From Tubulanus polymorphus (Eukaryota; Animalia; Nemertea), in NCBI RefSeq assembly GCF_964204645.1, contig NC_134026.1, positions 20,060,150 to 20,124,149 of the forward strand: a DNA stretch of 64,000 bases, in the 5' to 3' direction. The notes beneath the pieces are model-generated. The model saw only the letters and a list, made by a program, of their open reading frames with translations. It made no database searches and had not been told where the DNA came from. A program made the translations under genes and the position numbers. Below, in pieces: positions 12,301 to 26,139 of the stretch (its first letter is position 1; every line of letters starts with the position of its first letter).

Positions 12301-15300
12301 CAGTGATATTTTCAGTGCAGTTTTAGTCCATTTGGTACTATTTCAGCCGGAATTGGCTCCTTTTGAAAAATGGTATGTACGTCACGTTATTTGTAGGTTT
12401 TACGCCAAGCTCTGAATGCAGCTGGATTCAGCCATGTTCAACTGGTAGTGGCGGATGGTAACTTCGGGGAAGTGACAGCTGATTGTCTGAAAGATCCCAA
12501 ATTCAATCAGTCCACACAAATAATCGGGTAAGTTGGACAGATTTACTAAAAATACCGCAAGACATCTGATCTTGTAGGATTACCGCATTATTTCACCAAC
12601 AAGGGCCAGTTCAGGGTGGCCACTTACCTGGAAATCAGGGATAGTCGGGGAATTTTCTTTCTTTAAACCCTAGGACGCCCTGCGGGTCATATATGACCCC
12701 ACCTATTTAGCCGGTCATAAATTTAAGAACTGCTGATGTTGGGTTTCCAGAGTTCTTAGATGTGTTTAAGAGCACCTGTGCTACCTAAAAAGCCCAATTT
12801 TACATATATGAGCCTTATCGGATAGTAGAAAACTCACTAGGTGGCGCTCCATAAAATCAAATTTACCACTTCAACCCAAGGGGTCTTATATGACCCATAG
12901 TCAGAACGTAGCTTGTACATTTTCAATCAAAAATTGGGGTCATATATGGAACACTGGGCATTAAAGGATGCACTTTTTCATATTATGAATTTTCTCTAAA
13001 AATATTCAGGTACTCTAAACCAATAATGAAGCAGCTTGGGGGTCACATGTGACCCCTTCCAAAAAACATGTTAATGTGAAAATATATCCAAAACAGATAT
13101 TGATTTGTCATAAGGGACCCGAATGAACTGAAAAAAATAAATATGGGGTATGCCCTACTGCCAAAAGTATGTTTGGGCTTCCCAGGGTTTAAAAAAAAAG
13201 TCGGGGAATAGTCAGGGAATTTTTCAAAATGCCTTAAGTCAGGGAAATTTGAGATTGCTAGATCGCGCATAAAATCAAACAGTTTCCGTCTATGTCTTAT
13301 GTACTTGACTGAGTTAATTGATTGAATTCTCGGGAGATGGAGTCAGGGAAAACAACGTGCATTTCGGAATAGTCAGTGAAAAGCCTAAAATCTAGTTTGG
13401 GAACTAATTTGCAATGTGTTAAACAGGCTTAGTTGGTGTGCTGGTACCCCATGGCACCATGAACAATGAGGATAGAATATTAGCAGTCAAAAACCATTTC
13501 ATTCTTTTGCAAAAACCAAACGCGAACAGCAAATCACAAGATTTCTCGTTAAGTTGCAATGCAAGTAGACTGCTACTTACTACTTACTACTTATCGTACG
13601 GGGCTATTTACCCTGGGACTAGTTGCATGTAGATATAGGCTGGGCTTGCCCTCTTGCAATTAGATAAAAAAGTTTTATCAATTCTTATTGTACAGCGTAC
13701 ATTATCCGGGTACGTTATCTACTCCGGATGCACAGAAGACTGGTAAACCGTTGTGGTCATCGGAAGACTACAGTACGTTTAACGACAATGTTGGAGCAGG
13801 ATGTTGGGCTAGGGTATGTATAAAGCAAGTTTATCTAAGCCTGATCATATGTAGACGCATCCTTGATATAAGATAAAATTTTACAATGCTGGGGTGCCGC
13901 CTTTACGGAGAAGTTAGACTATTGAAACGATTTACTGAGTTACACCTTAAGTGAAATTGATTGAAGTGAAATTAAGTGATACATGTGTGCCTGGTAGTAA
14001 AAAAAATCTATATCAAGTAAAGTCTATTATCTCTGCATTTCAGATTTTGAATCAGAACTATGTCAATGGTTTAATGACTAGGTAAATAGCTTTATGACCA
14101 TTCCTGTATTTCGGTTTTGAAAATTACCATGGGACCACACCGGCTTCTGTAGACAAGTATTAACTTACTGGTGACCACCATAGGGAAATAAATCTGAAAT
14201 TTTTCGATATTCTACGAGGTTTAAGTTCGTTCATTCATTGACTATCATTTTCTTTTTGCTTTTGATAATTTAGCGAAGCTGCTGGGTAGTCGGATATTCA
14301 ATGAAATGTACAATATGCGTATATATCTTTCATAGCACCATATCGTGGAATTTAATCGCGTCATACTACGAGTCTTTGCCGTATAAGAGAGATGGCTTGA
14401 TGACAGCCGACCAGCCGTGGTCAGGTCATTACGACATCAACAACCCTATATGGGTAACAGGTAGGTAGGGACGATGTGCGCATTGATTCATCGAAACTTG
14501 ATTAAACTTTTAAGAGACTTACAGTTTGAAGAATCGTATACCGTTTTGGTTATGCTGTTTCACTGAGACATGCGCATACAACTTGAGAATCTTTCGATTT
14601 ATATTATTTGTAGCTCACACGACCCAATTCGTTCAGATCGGCTGGAGATATCTGTTGCACGGTCAAGGAGTCGACCATCTCAAACTCGGCGGTAGTTACG
14701 TTACTTTAGTGGATCCAAAGAAAGAGTCTGTAACAATCGTGATAGAGAAAATGGCATGTATTACGCGAGTTGCAGATTCGAAAGTGATAAAACGCTTATC
14801 CGTACAATGAAGCCGACCGAAATCTATAAGCTTTTAGTGATTACAGTCAAACCCGCTTAATCCAGATTTTGGTCTAGTTCCCATAAACCGGATGAATTTT
14901 GTTGGTCCCAGATGATCTGAATTAAGCGGATTCCACTGTATTTGATGGATATTCTTCGAATATGAAGTCCATCTTAGCAATCATCAGCATTTTGTTGTGA
15001 TCCAGCCATGTTTCGAAATCAAACTGAGAATCTTTGAAATTCATTACTTTTGCTCAGTTTGTACTGGTGAATGTTCTTCATACCAAATTTGTAGATGGAT
15101 AAAGATAGATCAGTTGGTAATAATGAAATCTCAGGACCATCAGTTCAATTATTTTTCAAACGAGAGAATAGATTAAGTAGTGGTGTCCAATAGAGTGGCT
15201 TGGATAGTATCGAAATCACAGCATTCCCAGCCATCCCTTTCTCTAGCTCGGGGTGCTCTCTGTTTCGGCATCGCATAAAAATATCCATTGTCATGTAATT

Positions 15301-18300
15301 GTATATTTCCAGAGCCACGATCATTCTAAATGCATCCGTCCAGCCCTTCCGGCTTACAAAACAGCTGCTGAAAATGTGACATTCACGCTGAAAGGTTCGT
15401 TGGTACGTACCGGTAGTTGCTTTCAATTGATGAAAAAATCTTTTTGTCGTCGATCGAAAGTAAACCTCCTTAGGATCAATAATCTTTGACGTTACGGGAA
15501 ATGTGAAACCCTAGATTTTACGAAAATTGGTTGCATTCAGTAAAAATTCGTTCATTTTCAATCAAATTTAATTTAATTGTAGGTAAAAGTTAAACAGTTG
15601 AATGTGTGGATGTCGAAACTGTGTTATTCAGGTGAAAATTGTACTGAGAAAGTGTTTGCTAAACTGTCTCCAATTGTGGTAAGTTTTCAGAGAGTATACA
15701 CTCGGTACTTCTACTGATGATGATAATCGGCATTCATTTATGCTACATGGTTCCCTGTACAAGTACTAGATTATTCTATATTTCGTTCATTTTAAGCACT
15801 GAAATAGTTTCGAAAAAGTAAAAGAAGTGAAATTCAATTCAGGAAGTACCTCGGCTTAGCTAAGTCCAGTCACATGGTGACTAGGCCTGAAGTCCAAAAA
15901 CATTTGACCGGCTGATGAATCGAAATGGGCTTGCCTGGGGTAGATTTAAGCCTTACCAGCTCCTGGATCCAGTTGCGCAGGCACGGCTGAAGTCCTGAGG
16001 CCGGTCGCATAGTCATGGCTTAGATTTAAGACTGGTCTAAGACCAACTTTGTTCTATACTCGATCTAACAACTTAAGGCCAATCTTAAGATTTAAGACCA
16101 CTTTTGGACTCAAGTCATGACTGTGCAACTCGCCCCAGTAGTCTTAAATCATGAGACTGGTCTTAAAGGGGAACTGCAGTCAAAAAATTATAATTGGCCA
16201 TTCATTTCTACTCTTGTTGATTAGTATAATGCTAGTTGAAATTTCCAATTCTTCCTAATTAACTTGTTGTATACAACGATTTTAATACTGTTATCAGCAG
16301 AATTTACGGCAGATGAGAGCCGCCATATTTGAATTCCAAAGTGAGGCATGTAAACATTGATGACGTATCCCGGCCCATCACACACCAGTGTGTACACAAA
16401 TAGATACACTCATCGAAGATCTCAGTTGAAAATTGCGATTAAAATACTCCCGCTGGGCTGCCAGTGGGGTCTTTACTTTTATTTATCCACTCACTGTGTG
16501 AAACATATCCAAATAATTGCTGATGTGGCATTATGCTGCAGTTTAGAACTATTATTGCCGAAAACACTATGAATAGCAGCAGTAACACGTATTGCAGTGG
16601 GTCGAAATACGTCACAGCCGAGAGAAAAGCGTCTGCTACGTGCATAAAATGGCGGCGGCCAGGCTCTCTACACAAACCCTGAGCTAAGAATGGTCTTAAA
16701 TCTTAGCCCTCGACAATGCGACTGGCCACGATGGAACTTAACAATGTATATGTAATACTGAATTATCATCCATTACTGCTACTCAATTTTTGGTCTTGAG
16801 CGTTGAACTATCTCTTCATTTACCTCAATGACGGATGTAAATGATCTAGCATGTATTCCGATCTATTTCATACTTGTTTTCAGCCGCAAAATGGAACGTT
16901 TTCGCTATACATCGACGTCGATACGATTTTCACCCTAACGACTCTGAATGTCGGCAGGAAAGGCTCGTATGGTACACCGCCGCCTAGCCATCCATTTCCA
17001 TTGCCTTATAAAGACACATTCGAAGGTTAGTGCCAGCACATATTTGTTTTGTTTTTTTTAAGCAAGAATTTTATTTGCCATGATAAACATTTGTACATAA
17101 AACTGACAGAAATAACTTACAAGCCGCATATAAAATGCATTATATGCATATGTACATATTTTTCTGATATTACATCAGCCCTTACAATTTTTCATTTGAG
17201 TGATGTCTCATCACTTCAATTCTGCAAGTGTTTTTAAAAACCTGCAATTCAATTCAAATAGCCTAACTCTGGGGCTAACTCTGAGTCAGGATCTGTATTC
17301 CTAGTTAAAGACACTTCTACTGCTAGAGGGCTTATCAAGTGGAAGTCAGAAATTTTTAAATCATTTATCTCAAAATCCATAAATTGCCGATCAGCTATCT
17401 CTACGTGGAATTTTTTCCTTCATTTGAATAATGGACAGGCGACTAAGGGTTAAAGTTAGATAGTTCTAACAAGATTTGATCGCAAATTTTCATCGTTATT
17501 AGTGTGAATTCTTCCATCGATTCGGTAACTGGTAGTAGCGATATTTACTTTTCTAACGCGATGGAATAACGTTGAATCTTCTCGCTTCAGGCTATGACCT
17601 TTACACCGAACCGAATAACTTCGCGCCACAAATCGGTTCATTCGAGATCGCTATGTCCGACGTGGAACACGGTAAAGTCGTAAAGCAAACCGTTCTTCAG
17701 CGCGCGATCGATTGGTGCGGAGGAAATCAACTATACCCGATCGCTATTGGAGGATTCAGTAAATGGTGGGGACAAACTCGTGCGCTGTAGAATTCGCTCG
17801 ATTTGGATCATTTGGGACCAATAAAATTTATACGATTTATGCGAGAAATTCAAATTAAACACCATACAGTAGACTCCAGGGCCCGGTTTTATAGACTGGT
17901 ATTATCTTTAACCCTGGGGCTAACTCAATTCATTTTCAATTGAGTTAGCCACTGGCGGGTTAAAGGTAATACCAGTTAGTTTATTAAAACCCTGCTTAAC
18001 CGGTACAGTTGGGACCTGCATTCTATTGCCGAATTAAGCGATTACCGGTTTGAAGAACCAGGAAAATCAATGGATAGAAATGTGGATCAATAGTATTGAG
18101 TTTCTCTTTGAAACTATGCGACACTTCTGTTTTTGCCATAATGAATTTTATTTTCAAAAATATACCAATGCCAGAAAAACAGTATGCTAATTCTACCAAA
18201 TTGAACGGATAACTGGATAGACATGTACCGGTTTACGCGGAGTCTACTGTATTTTTGCATACATTAATGTATGAAAGGACCGTAAATCATATCTGTATTA

Positions 18301-19588
18301 GATCGAAATGCCGATTAAACTGATCTGAACTCAGCAGGTTTGACTGTATCATATTTATCAAAACTCACCGGAATCAAACGGTCTTTTAACTAACTTAGAA
18401 TTTCTATTTACGCAGGGCCGATGTTTACCTTCAAGCTGACATACAAGTAGGCGTTGTTAATGGGACGAAGGAAGTTTTTATCGCCGCTCGTGTTCAAAAC
18501 GGAGGCGGCTGCTCTGCTTACGCGGCAAAGGGCTTATTTTTCTGGATTGCGCCAGACCTTAGACAGTGGCACCTTACAACTGATCTTGGTAAGTATGGCT
18601 TGATAAACTATAGACATCGGGTACACCAGCTATCCCACTGGTTGAAGTGATTTTTACACTTCGTTACACTGGCTATTTCCTAATATTATCATACAAGCCA
18701 CCAAAGACATTTGAGATTGACTTCTCTAGTTGCTGTTAGGTGAAGTTTTCAATAGTGATTTATTTGCCCTAGAGGGAAGACTGAGTGGAATTCAAATTTA
18801 GAATCAATGCAGATAACTTTGACCTAGTGAACCATTGATTCCGACAGTGGCAAAATTTCTAGGAGGCACTTTCATGACTTATATTAAAACAGTTGATTTT
18901 GAATTGTTGGCCTCATCGAAAATATTAACGAACGATTGAATATTACTATTACTATTAAATATTAAAGTAACCAACAACAACTGAACCAAAAATTCTAGAA
19001 AGAAAAGAGAAAATGAGGGTTATTGTTCAGGGGAGTGGTGATATTCCTGATGCCCGATACCACATTGCTTCAATGAAATATACTTAACTATCATACTTGT
19101 ATATTGCAGCTCATACCAAATTCCTCAAGGTCGGCTCACTGCAAACAGTACGTGGACAGTGGGACACAGTAGCCTTAAGAATCAAGGTACAAATGTAATA
19201 TATTAGGACATGGACAATTACAATTGACGATATCAAAGAAAATTTTATATTTTGTAATGATGATTTAATTTATCCATCATGGCCCGGTTCCACAGTTGTG
19301 AGTTAGAGTTAGCTCTTGAGTTGAAATAGTTCATTTTCAATGTTTTAACTCGAGTCAAATTCAACTCTGAACTGTGGAACTGGGTCCGTGTTTGCTGCAT
19401 ATTTGAGCATTCATTTCATATGCGTATGTTTGCAGGGAAATGTAGCATTTGGAGTTGTAAATGGTGTTGAAGCATTCACCATGACACTGCCAGCTACTGT
19501 ACCACAAAACGGATTCGTGGCTTTTGGAGCATCAACTTTCGGGTTGGCGTATTACGATAACTTATACGTTGACGCCGCCCCTGTTTAA
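9364..19588 (+). CDS. GALC: Galactocerebrosidase (GH59); exons 9364-9519, 9653-9721, 10252-10315, 10766-10854, 11638-11805, 12051-12089, 12397-12527, 13696-13813, 14044-14081, 14336-14460, 14614-14753, 15313-15402, 15583-15678, 16884-17025, 17591-17765, 18416-18588, 19110-19186, 19436-19588
   Basis: Signal peptide followed by [71 protein letters not shown] (acid/base Glu), LWSSEDYST (nucleophile Glu), [26 protein letters not shown] and AHTTQF; exon phases are consistent. Confidence 0.95.
9818..10052 (+). rRNA. Degenerate 28S (LSU) rRNA fragment near the 5' D1 region, non-functional, in GALC intron 2
   Basis: gagtcgggttgtttgggaatgcagcc...ggtggtaaactccatct...aggcta...ggcacgag...acaagtatcgtgagggaaagttgaaaagaactt matches the conserved eukaryotic LSU block with scattered substitutions; no other rDNA flanks it. 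Confidence 0.9.
12667..13188. mobile_element. piggyBac-like non-autonomous element (TTAA TSD) nested in another repeat, GALC intron 7
   Basis: TTAA at 12663-12666 and 13189-13192; TIRs accctaggacgccc / gggcttcccagggt; it interrupts a (a/g)tcagggaa-rich element starting cagggtggccac. Confidence 0.75.
14844..14938. mobile_element. Tc1/mariner-type MITE (TA TSD)
   Basis: ta|cagtcaaacccgcttaatccagat ... atctgaattaagcggattccactg|ta. Confidence 0.65.
15999..16137. repeat. Short hairpin-type interspersed repeat; further copies at about 60228-60500
   Basis: Shared core taagaccaactt(t/a)gt(t/c)cta...aacttaag...cttaagatttaagacca...ggactcaagtcatgactgtgcaac with imperfect terminal inverted ends. Confidence 0.7.
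17867..18249. mobile_element. Tc1/mariner-type MITE (TA TSD) with a nested hairpin repeat near its left end
   Basis: ta|cagtagactcc ... ggagtctactg|ta; nested arms actggtattatctttaacc / ggttaaaggtaataccagt at about 17895-17976. Confidence 0.65.
19280..19386. repeat. Short palindromic repeat family (related copy at about 11455-11553)
   Basis: ggcccggttccacagttgtgagtta...aactctgaactgtggaactgggtcc inverted arms; the 11460 copy shares cagttccacagttgtgagtta. Confidence 0.65.
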
Positions 19589-22360
19589 AATGTGATATTC
19601 ACTACTATCAAGTCTCTGAATGAACAAAAATTGATGATCGAATCAGATCGTCTTATATGGCTATTTTTACAATTGAAAAATAATTTGTCAGGAATATTTC
19701 GTTACTATTTCATTTGGTAGGTTCCTTAGGTTAAATGAATCGTCTACAAGGTTTTAATCACATTTTATGATATAATTAGATTTTTTTTTCGAAGGTTATT
19801 GCATGAATATATTATTATGTTATTATATTGAATATATGACTTTAGAAAAAGATATATTGTAAAATTGGCTATTATCATTGAAAAAAAAATTAGATTTCTA
19901 TTTATGGGTATTCTAGAAGTTTTTACATTCCGATAGGTTATGAAATTTTTCACTCATTTGTAAAATGTATTTTCTACTTTATTTGAAATGTTTGTGCTGC
20001 GATGATGGCAAAGATATTTGATCGATACTTTACTCTAGGCAAGATTTAATTCAGTCTGTGACTGCAGTGAACTGATGTATATCTCAGTGTAGAGTTACCG
20101 AATAAAACCCACAGTTATTTCTGTAAAAATAATTAATAATAATTATTGTATTTTTTGTTTCTCTGATGATGAGGTTTAGTTTGAACCTCATAACTCTAAG
20201 GCAATAAACTGTTTTTACAGAGGTAACTTGGTTTTATTCATCGTCAGTCTGTAATTATTTGAACTTTGATCTATGTTTTGTTAAAGAATGTAATTCTATC
20301 GAGAAAGTGTATCTCACTCTAAATGTGCTAAGGATTTATATGTTTTCTAAATGGAATAAAATTATTGCGAGAATATATTTAAGATTTATGATATATACAA
20401 TTGCTTTGTTCATTTACCATTGCCTGATTTCTTTGCGTCAAAAAGGATTATTCTTCTTGGATGAATTCTGACATTCCATAGAGCAAGTGGAATTCAGAGG
20501 ATAACACCACTATGCACGCAAACTAGGCCACAAACTACATGGTCTAGATCCATTTGAGACAAGTGGAAAATTCTGCTCTGGACCAGAAAGCGGAGGAATC
20601 GTGTATCACTTGCCTAGATAGAGTGATTACCGGTAAGTATAAAGAACTACAGTGACTACTCGTCGAATTGGATCATGTTGGGATCTATGAAAATCTATCC
20701 AGCTTTTGCAGACAAATAGAAGCCAACATGCGTATTCCCTAAATACTTCAGTGTAAACAGAATTATCATAATTTATTTAGCGTTTCCTTGAGGTACATGA
20801 TTTTAGGCTAGTTAGGGAAACAAATCACACAATTAATAGCCTACTGCTTCCTTGTTAGTGTAAATAGCCGCTGACTATGCAGTTTATAACATACCGCTAA
20901 AAATTTTAATCCCGCTTCACACGTATTTGACAATAGAATATAGAAAAAAAATAATAATTTGTTAGAAAAAATTAATTATTTGAATAAACAAAATGAGCAG
21001 ATTCACAAAATATACATTTAAATGCAAAGTCATTGTAAATGGTAATAAATATGTACCAGAATAATTCATACATAGTGCTTTCTACCCTGAAGTGGTTACT
21101 TTATACAATCGAAGAGTGATAGGTTAATAGACCACTTATCAAACTTGATAGCTTTTCTTCCATGTAGATGGTTGGGAAACCATAATTGGTATGTAATGTA
21201 CATATGGAGTGGTATAGGATGTCATATGGCTTTGGATTATCATTAACTGAATCCGTCACTCGTAAAGTGGATGGATGGATAGGGATTCTACCAGTATCAG
21301 TAGATCAGTGGTTAAGCCTGTGCTTGGAGACATCATTCCGAAAGAATAATGACTCCAAAGCTCAAGTAATAACTACAGACCATACTACAGGGGAATCTTA
21401 TTACAATGAACTTCAGGGGACCAACAAACCTCAGTACCCAGCCTTATTTCTTGTGTGGTTCATTTTTTTAAAACCAAACCTTATAGCTAAGGATCTATTT
21501 TAGATGAATTATAAACTACATTGTATAAAATGGAATTTATCAATTAAATTGTGACTTTTTTCAAACTTTGGGACTTCGTACGAATCTCCCAAACCCCTCC
21601 ATACACTTGCAAATACTTTTGTATTAACTGATCATAAGAGAAAAGTTGAATCTTATGTTAGGCCCCCTATAGGATGAAATTCTAAGCTTGTTATATCCAA
21701 TTATTCACTGTATCCAAATTGGTTAAAACCAAGTTCCACATCAAAACTAATATTAAATATACAGTAGCAGCTATAGACTTAATGATGCAATTTACTGATT
21801 TGTGATGCACAGTGGAGGCACCTAAACCCTGGCAAGCAAGGATGATCACTAACCGCGCTATTAGAGTTGCTTAGTTTTGTGATCAGATATTTTAAAATGA
21901 AATAACTAGATTAAGATCTATACAAAAAGATTATTAACACCAATGATTAGATTGCTAATTAGACTATAACACCTCTGCCCATTTAATACCGTAAGTTGGT
22001 AAAAGATTTAGATAACGTATGCTAGGAATTGTCATTCACAAAACTTGTTACAAAACAAATTGTTAACTCAAACATCAGTTAAATCAGTTTACTAATTCAA
22101 AAGGTAATGAGTTCAGTGGAGTCATTTGGTAACATTTTTATCAAAATATGGGCATGATTGTTAAACAACAAAAACAATTATAGGATAAACCTTACTCAAT
22201 TAAAATTGTTAGGACAAGAATTGTAGAAAAGTGCTGATTAAAAATGATTCTTAGCATCATTATAGAAACAATTTCGAAACAAAAGTTGTCTAACTACAAA
22301 ACAAAGATTTCTCTTTCATTTGATTATTTTTTCTTGACTAGACAGGACGTTTTCGATGGC

Positions 22361-25300
22361 TCAGCGATATCCGAATGCATCTTGCGCTTTGTTAAGCGTA
22401 TCTCGAACTTTATTCACGTCCGTCACTTTCAACGCGTATTCATCGGGTCCGTACTTGCCGCCCATCGAAACATGAGATTTCCTGTATATCATGTCGGAGT
22501 CCATAGTCATTCGCGCCGAACAATGAAATTCTCTCGCGCCTGAACCTTGGAGTATTCGATTGACGTTACGCTCGGTGATCCCTCCACCTGAAACCAGAAA
22601 AAAATAAATGTTCTTTCAATCGATAGCTATCTACATAAGCCGGCAAGGCTTACTGCGTATACAAAAAACCTTCTTAGCTCAGAATGATTCATCAATGACG
22701 ACATTCCAATTTTCATTATTTGAACTATGTGCTGAATCATTTATTGACCTTTTGTTCAGACACAAAATCTAACAAAACTAAGCTAAGATTGACTAGTCTT
22801 GGGCCTTTTTGGATTGTGCTTTTCCCAAAAACATGGAATGAGATGGAAGAATTGATAGAAACTTCAAAATGCAATTGAAAGAGAAAGTAGATAATTCCTC
22901 TTCTGGAAAAGCACGTTCCAAAAGGATTAGAACAGGTAGGTGGCTCTCCCACTCCCCGATTAGATCCAAATGTTATCTGTTCCGTAGTTCTGAATTTGAT
23001 TTAGATGTAAGTTTAAAATTCAATTTCGATGATCCAACCGTTGTGTCAAATTTGATTTAGAGTGAAACTGCATCCCGAAATGAACCAGCCCGGCGGGTGA
23101 AAGGAGCACTGCTTGTATTGTTGAATTTTCACTTGAGTTTCTAATGGCACACATACTTTTTTGTACGTACCTGGAATTATGGTTATTCTATCCCGAGCCT
23201 GAAAAATAGATACGTGGACCTGCTATATTTCACATGAAACAACCTATCGTTATAAGCTTGCATGAAGTATTCAGGAAAAAACATCGTTGAAATATTGTGC
23301 AAAGACGGTTATACTAAAACTCCAGGATACAAGGTTACAAGTTATGGATCATCTACGTATCTTTACCTGTTCAACCATTTGTTTAATAGTAGGCAGACCT
23401 TCGAGAGCAGACGACTCTTGACCACTGGTCAAAATTCGTTCACATCCCATTGCTATTATCTCGTCCATAGCGCGGAAAATATCTTTAGTCATATCGATGG
23501 CTGAAAGTAGAAAATGTAGACAAATAAGTGGGGTCAATCTAACACTCACAGTTATATCCTTGGTGGTAACGGGATGGATGGATGTCTCAGGCCCTTCCCT
23601 AAATCATTTACCATAGTTCAATAGCCTCACACAATTGAAATTTGAGTCCTTTCTGATACCTTTCTAATACCATTATGTGAATGACTGGCGGAAATGAGGA
23701 AATGCTGGTGATGAAGGCTGGAATTTACCTAGATATCTTCTGAGATCCTGAACGCCTAATCAAAATTGTATGTACACATGTATAAGGAATTTCTGAATAT
23801 TTTCTTTGAATTTCATGTCACTGATGCAGGGTCAACAGTCCGGTTACCCCCTAACCTTCTCATATGAGTGGAATACACGGTATGATAATTGAAATGTGCC
23901 AGGGGTTTAAAACCAAAACTCTGAAACTGGCAGCAAAGAGTATGCATAGCTTCATGCAGAGTTTTTCTTAATCTTACCTCGATGAAATGTGACTGGTAGG
24001 GGACACGATAGATCTAAAACAAAACCATTAAATAGTGAACACGGTTAAGCACAATTTTTGCCATAAAACAATGACAGCAATTCAAATGTACTTAGTTTTC
24101 ATACTTACTTATTAATTCTCTTGATCGGTCTTTATCCACCCGACCATCGCTACAAAAAGCAAGAACATAATTAACATTCCTTTCGAAAGTCAACATCAAG
24201 ACAAATCAGAAGAAATACCCGTATACATTTTGTGAATGAACATATCGATAACCTTTGTAAGATGCCCAGAACTATTCCGTCGGCGCCCGCTTCTTTCAAA
24301 GCCAGCAGATCTAATTTCATCACTTCGAATTCCTCATCGGAATAAAGGAAGTCACCGCCGCGAGGTCGAATCATCACAAACACAGGTATACGCAACTGAT
24401 CTTTAATAACACGCAACATTCCTGGAAGACAGAGAAAGGGAGAAGAACTTAATAACGACAATAAGAAAGAAACGAAACCTGTGATTATTGGGAGGCTGGG
24501 CAGATTTAGGCCATGTTGACCGTGTCAGCTGAAATTGTAAGAAGAGCCTTTTTGAAAATAAAAATCATACCGCCAGTGGTGGATCCAGATGGACTTTAGA
24601 CTTGTACAAGTCCATCAATTTTTTTTGAGTGCCCTTTTTCATTTTTTTTTCGACTAAGATAATTGGTGCATTTCAGTGTGGCAGTATACTTAATATTGCC
24701 TTTATCGGACATCAAAGTGCCCTTTTTTGGACTTGACAATTTGCCCCTTAGAGCAGGATTACACCTAATATCACCTTTTTGGACATCAAAATGCCCTTTT
24801 GGGATGTGACAAGTCCTTTGAAATTGGCCTCAAAGATCAATTGATCCGTCGCTGATCACTGACTCCTTTCTTAAGGTTTCTCACTCAGGCTCGCTTTTCA
24901 GGGATCTGTGCCATAAGCCTACTTACCAACAGTTGGTGTAGTCCCACCTTCAGCCAAGTTGCAACATAATTCTATGCGAATTGCACCTGCAATTTAATAA
25001 ACACAACCCAACGAACAGTTATCACAAACTCAACTGATTAAGGTTTCTCAGGAGCAAATATTTTCACGGTGTTACTGGAGTTAAGGTTACCCTTCCACTA
25101 TGTGGCGCTAGTGTAATTAAAGAATAGTGTTATGGTTAGGTTAGGTACATTACCATAAGGGAACCTAAACTGCAGTCCCCACCTAAAAAATGCAGTAGGT
25201 ACAAAATGGGCTCTAACTGCATAGTCTGAATACCACACACCGGTTCCCTACAATATCTGACGCCAAACTGTCAAAGAGGTTAATTTATATTTCTTGCAAT

Positions 25301-25778
25301 GCAACCACTGATTTGTTTTGGAACAAGAGCTAGGTACCAAACTTCCGTCTGTCTATAAGGATACAAGCTTTCACCACTATAAATAATGTATCTTCCACAG
25401 TCATGACAGGGGCCGGACACAAACCGTCCCAGGTACGGTACTTTTTTAATTAGTACTAAGGATAGGTAGGCCTAGGGATACTGGGGTTGATTGATACTGG
25501 TTTTATTCATTCATTAAAATTGTGACAGGTCGTTGTGAGTGAAGGATACTGGGCCTGGGTTAGTCTAGTATCTAGCCGTTGTTCCTCAAACAGTTGTAGG
25601 GGATCGTATCTCTGGTATTCATTCAGTTCATTCAGACTAGGCCTGGGTCAAAAACGTTTTTGCCAGGCCCCTGTTGGTAGCTTCATCTGGTAAATTGGTA
25701 CTGTCAATGCAGAAACATTCGCATACCCCCAGCCTCAGCATTTAAAGCAGAAGCCACGGATTCGACGCACACTTCCAT
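22361..25778 (-). CDS. CUTC: Copper homeostasis protein CutC homolog; exons (minus strand) 25778-25727, 24986-24927, 24421-24253, 24149-24109, 24013-23978, 23500-23367, 23198-23171, 22587-22361
   Basis: [97 protein letters not shown]; all GT-AG and phase-consistent; stop TGA at 22363-22361. Confidence 0.96.
24573..24854. mobile_element. MITE-like insertion in CutC intron 2
   Basis: Ends cagtggtggatc / gatccgtcgctg; internal repeated ggacatcaaa(g/a)tgccctttt units. Confidence 0.5.
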
Positions 25779-26139
25779 TGTGATTTTTGCATGAAAAAAA
25801 TGTAAACAAATATTCTAAATATTTGGTCGACGACCTTGACGCGATCGCGGGATCGCGCGACGAAGATTTCCACTCAGATCAAAAATCGTCTCTACATATC
25901 CAGCTACTCCATTTCTTAAGTTAGAAGCTAATTCGAAAATTGTTTATTAAAAATTCGAAAATATATTTCCTTTTACTCACAATTTTCTTTTTAGTTCTAA
26001 TCTTCATTTTGGGGAAGTTATATAATTTTTCATCAGTATACCACAATCGCTGAAACATAGCAGGAAATAGAAATTTTCGGGAAAACCCTTTGGCTTTAAA
26101 AAGTCTTATTAGTTATTTTTTGGGTTATTCGAAAATATA
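25779..26139. promoter_or_regulatory. Putative bidirectional promoter shared by CutC and COX15
   Basis: 361 bp between the divergent ATGs, with a local CpG-rich palindromic patch gacgcgatcgcgggatcgcgcgacg at about 25838-25862. Confidence 0.65.
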
